DNA of 51,293 nt. Source: Calditrichaceae bacterium (GTDB lineage: Bacteria; Calditrichota; Calditrichia; Calditrichales; JBFXGD01). Shown here in pieces: positions 48,884 to 51,293 of this stretch; position 1 is the first letter of the stretch, and every line of letters begins with the position of its first letter. Made by a program: the position numbers and the translations under genes. The notes beneath the pieces were generated by a model. That model made no database searches and was not told the DNA's origin. It worked only from the letters and a program-made list of their open reading frames with translations. The DNA is taken from assembly GCA_050178385.1 (NCBI GenBank), contig JBFXGD010000005.1, positions 1-51,293 of the forward strand. Direction: 5' to 3'.

Positions 48884-51293
48884 ATGAAGAACCGATTGTT
48901 ACTTATACTGATACTTACATTATTTTTGGGCAATATTGCATTTGCGCAAACTAAATACGGGAATGAGTTGCTTGTAAACACGACAACAACCCTGAATCAG
49001 CGCAATCCCGATATTGCGGTTGACAAACAAGGTAATTACGTAATTGTTTGGGAAGATCAGCTCAATGAAGAAAACTATGGGATTTATGGGCAGCGATATT
49101 CAACAAACGGGAATAAGATTGGAACAGAGTTTCAAATAAATACATACACTACCCTGGATCAAAAAAATGCCTCAGTCTCCATGGATAGTCTGGGAAATTT
49201 TGTAGTGGTATGGCAAAGTGCCGATCAGGATGGATCAGGTCCCGGAATATATGGTCAGCGTTTTAACAGCAGCGGCAGTAAGTCGGGCACTGAATTTATT
49301 GTTAATGACACTACCTTGTACCAGCAGATTAATCCGGATGTCGCGATGGATGACCTCGGAAATTTCGTGGTTGTTTGGGAAAGCAATCACGCGACAACCG
49401 GTCTCGACAGTTTCCCGTACAGAGCCTATGGCCAGCGTTTCAATTCCACGGGATCAAAAAATGGAATTCAATTTTCGGTTGATGCAAGCGCGGTTTCCTA
49501 TGACGTATTTCATCCGATCGTACCAAAGGTCGATCTGGCGAATGACGGCAGTTTTGTCGCTGTATGGACTTCATGGTCGACAAACGGACTCGCGGGTGAT
49601 ATCTATGGACAAAGATTTGATACAAACGGAAATAAAGCAGGCGGTCAATTCCCGGTAAATACTACTACAAATGCTTCTCAACGATACCCCGACATCGCGC
49701 TGGATAAAAGTAAAAATTTCTGGGTTGTCTGGCAGAGTTATCAGTTGGGCCCGCAGGATGTTTTTGGACAGCGTTTTAATTCGACCGGCACCAAAGTAGG
49801 CAGTGAATTTAAAATAAATACTTATGATAACTCAAATGATCAGGAATTCCCGAGTATAAGTTCTGGTGGAGATGATGTATTTGTCGCCACATGGCAAAGC
49901 GCGGATCAGGACGATTCAAGCAGGGCGGTAGTCGCCCAACGATACCATTCAGATGGAACAACATTCGGCCCTGAATTTCAGGCTAACACATATTGGTATG
50001 ATGATCAAATAAGTCCCGCTGTAGCAGTAGACAAGAATGGTGACTTCGCCATTGTCTGGCAAAGTAATTTACAAGATGGTTCAGGAAACGGAGTGTACGC
50101 ACAGCTATTTAAAATGGCGCCCGTATTCACGGCTATTCCTCAAATTAATATTAATGAGGATAACAATTATAAAGTTCACAAGTCATATTATTATAGTTAT
50201 GTTTCGGATGAGACCCATGCTGATGCGGAGTTGACCTGGCAATTTGGAAATGGTACTAATATTACGACACAGTTTGTGAATGACAGTCTCACTATAACAC
50301 CGTCATCCAACTGGTTTGGTATTGATTCGTTTATAGTGATCGCAAAAGATCCAACTAATTTATCTGATACCACCTATCAGGTCGTCAACGTCGCTGAAAC
50401 TAACGACGCGCCGGTAGTGGCGGACATTCCGAATCAGACCGTTGCTGAAGGCGCCAGTTTTACGACCATCAGTCTTGATGATTATGTAAGTGATGTGGAT
50501 AATTTGGATAGTGAGATGACCTGGACATACAGCGGCAATACCGATCTTTCGGTAACCATCACCAGCCGTGTGGCGACCATCGGTATTCCCGCCGACTGGA
50601 ACGGCGCCGAGACGATCACGTTTACGGCCACCGACCCGGATAATTTGTTTGACAGCGACGCGGCGACCTTTACGGTCACGGCGGTCAATGACGCGCCGGT
50701 AGTGGCGGACATTCCGAATCAGACCATTGCAGAAGGCGCCAGTTTTACGACCATCAGTCTTGATGATTATGTAAGTGATGTGGACAATTTGGATAGTGAG
50801 ATGACCTGGTCATACAGCGGCAATACCAATCTTTCGGTAACGATCACCAGCCGTGTGGCGACCATCGGTATTCCCGCCGACTGGAACGGCGCCGAGACGA
50901 TCACGTTTACGGCCACCGACCCGGGCAATTTGTTTGACAGTGACGCGGCGACCTTTACGGTCACGGCGGTCAACGACGCTCCGGTAGTGACGGACATTCC
51001 GAATCAGACCATTGCTGAAGGCGCCAGTTTCGCGACCATCAGTCTTGATGATTATGTAAGCGATGTGGATAATTTGGATAGTGAGCTGACCTGGTCCACC
51101 AGCGGTGAGACAGATCTTACGGTAACGATAGATGTCAACCGTATCGCGACGATTACCATTCCTGTAGACTGGAACGGCGCCGAGACGATCACGTTTACGG
51201 CCACCGACCCGGGCAATTTGTTTGACAGTGACGCGGCGACCTTTACGGTCACGGCGGTCAACGACGCTCCGGTAGTGACGGACATTCCGAATC
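48884..51293 (+). CDS. Large secreted surface protein/adhesin: signal peptide, seven-repeat beta-propeller, tandem ~95-aa cadherin/Ig-like domains (3' truncated)
   Basis: Manual translation: RBS AAGGAGG, MKNRLLLILILTLFLGNIAFA-Q; seven repeats like EFQINTYT..Q..PxVAMD..GNFVVVWQS..QDG..GIYGQRF; then NDAPVV.DIPNQTI.EG repeats. Open to the window end; absent from the ORF track because there is no stop. Confidence 0.88.
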   Translation, partial: MKNRLLLILILTLFLGNIAFAQTKYGNELLVNTTTTLNQRNPDIAVDKQGNYVIVWEDQLNEENYGIYGQRYSTNGNKIGTEFQINTYTTLDQKNASVSMDSLGNFVVVWQSADQDGSGPGIYGQRFNSSGSKSGTEFIVNDTTLYQQINPDVAMDDLGNFVVVWESNHATTGLDSFPYRAYGQRFNSTGSKNGIQFSVDASAVSYDVFHPIVPKVDLANDGSFVAVWTSWSTNGLAGDIYGQRFDTNGNKAGGQFPVNTTTNASQRYPDIALDKSKNFWVVWQSYQLGPQDVFGQRFNSTGTKVGSEFKINTYDNSNDQEFPSISSGGDDVFVATWQSADQDDSSRAVVAQRYHSDGTTFGPEFQANTYWYDDQISPAVAVDKNGDFAIVWQSNLQDGSGNGVYAQLFKMAPVFTAIPQININEDNNYKVHKSYYYSYVSDETHADAELTWQFGNGTNITTQFVNDSLTITPSSNWFGIDSFIVIAKDPTNLSDTTYQVVNVAETNDAPVVADIPNQTVAEGASFTTISLDDYVSDVDNLDSEMTWTYSGNTDLSVTITSRVATIGIPADWNGAETITFTATDPDNLFDSDAATFTVTAVNDAPVVADIPNQTIAEGASFTTISLDDYVSDVDNLDSEMTWSYSGNTNLSVTITSRVATIGIPADWNGAETITFTATDPGNLFDSDAATFTVTAVNDAPVVTDIPNQTIAEGASFATISLDDYVSDVDNLDSELTWSTSGETDLTVTIDVNRIATITIPVDWNGAETITFTATDPGNLFDSDAATFTVTAVNDAPVVTDIPN
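50402..51293 (+). repeat. Near-identical intragenic tandem repeats (units of 285, 285, 288 bp plus a partial fourth)
   Basis: Units start at 50402, 50687, 50972 and 51260 (AAYGACGCNCCGGTAGTG...), all in frame with ATG 48884. Confidence 0.95.

Noticed and set aside
50482..51285. Three repeated minus-strand ORFs (76-77 aa), and plus-strand ORFs 49218-49658 and 50037-50234
   Set aside because: Shadows of the long plus-strand adhesin frame starting at 48884.
50402..51293. Tandem repeats as a CRISPR array or mobile element
   Set aside because: Units are 285-288 bp, contiguous, in frame and protein-coding; no spacers, cas genes or transposase.

Overview
Bacterial chromosomal window, low-to-moderate GC, almost entirely + strand. 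The gene order rplM-rpsI-rpsB-tsf-pyrH-frr suggests an FCB-group or Calditrichota-like organism (inference only). Left to right: (1) the 5' part of a divergent WbqC-like gene, not in the ORF track; (2) a beta-oxidation operon fadE-fadA-fadN, preceded by a perfect 24-bp palindrome matching the Bacillus FadR(YsiA) box; (3) a translation operon with a clear sigma70 promoter, an internal S2/t44-type leader RNA and a terminator; (4) a ~38-kb Wzx/Wzy-type exopolysaccharide/capsule locus (10.6-48.6 kb), preceded by a perfect TGTGA-N6-TCACA site. This locus encodes a STAS-HTH fusion, Wza, Wzc and an unusually large set of tailoring enzymes: two AsnB-like proteins (one lacking the catalytic Cys), an adenylation enzyme plus carrier protein, two ATP-grasp ligases, a GNAT, two CapA-like proteins, two deacetylases, a PaaK/CapK-like ligase, DUF362, a Gfo/Idh/MocA plus SDR pair and an alpha/alpha toroid protein; (5) a large secreted protein with seven propeller-type repeats and near-identical 285-bp cadherin/Ig-like repeats, running off the right edge and also missing from the ORF track. 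The best novelty candidate is a pair of secreted jelly-roll proteins in the EPS locus that share a cassette design: sigma54-like promoter, signal peptide, a 13-residue C-terminal tail P-x-x-P-x-G-[LV]-x-I-[LM]-x-x-N-stop in identical register, and a long downstream hairpin. This may be an undescribed sorting or strand-donation signal. All calls are by eye from sequence motifs; no searches were run.
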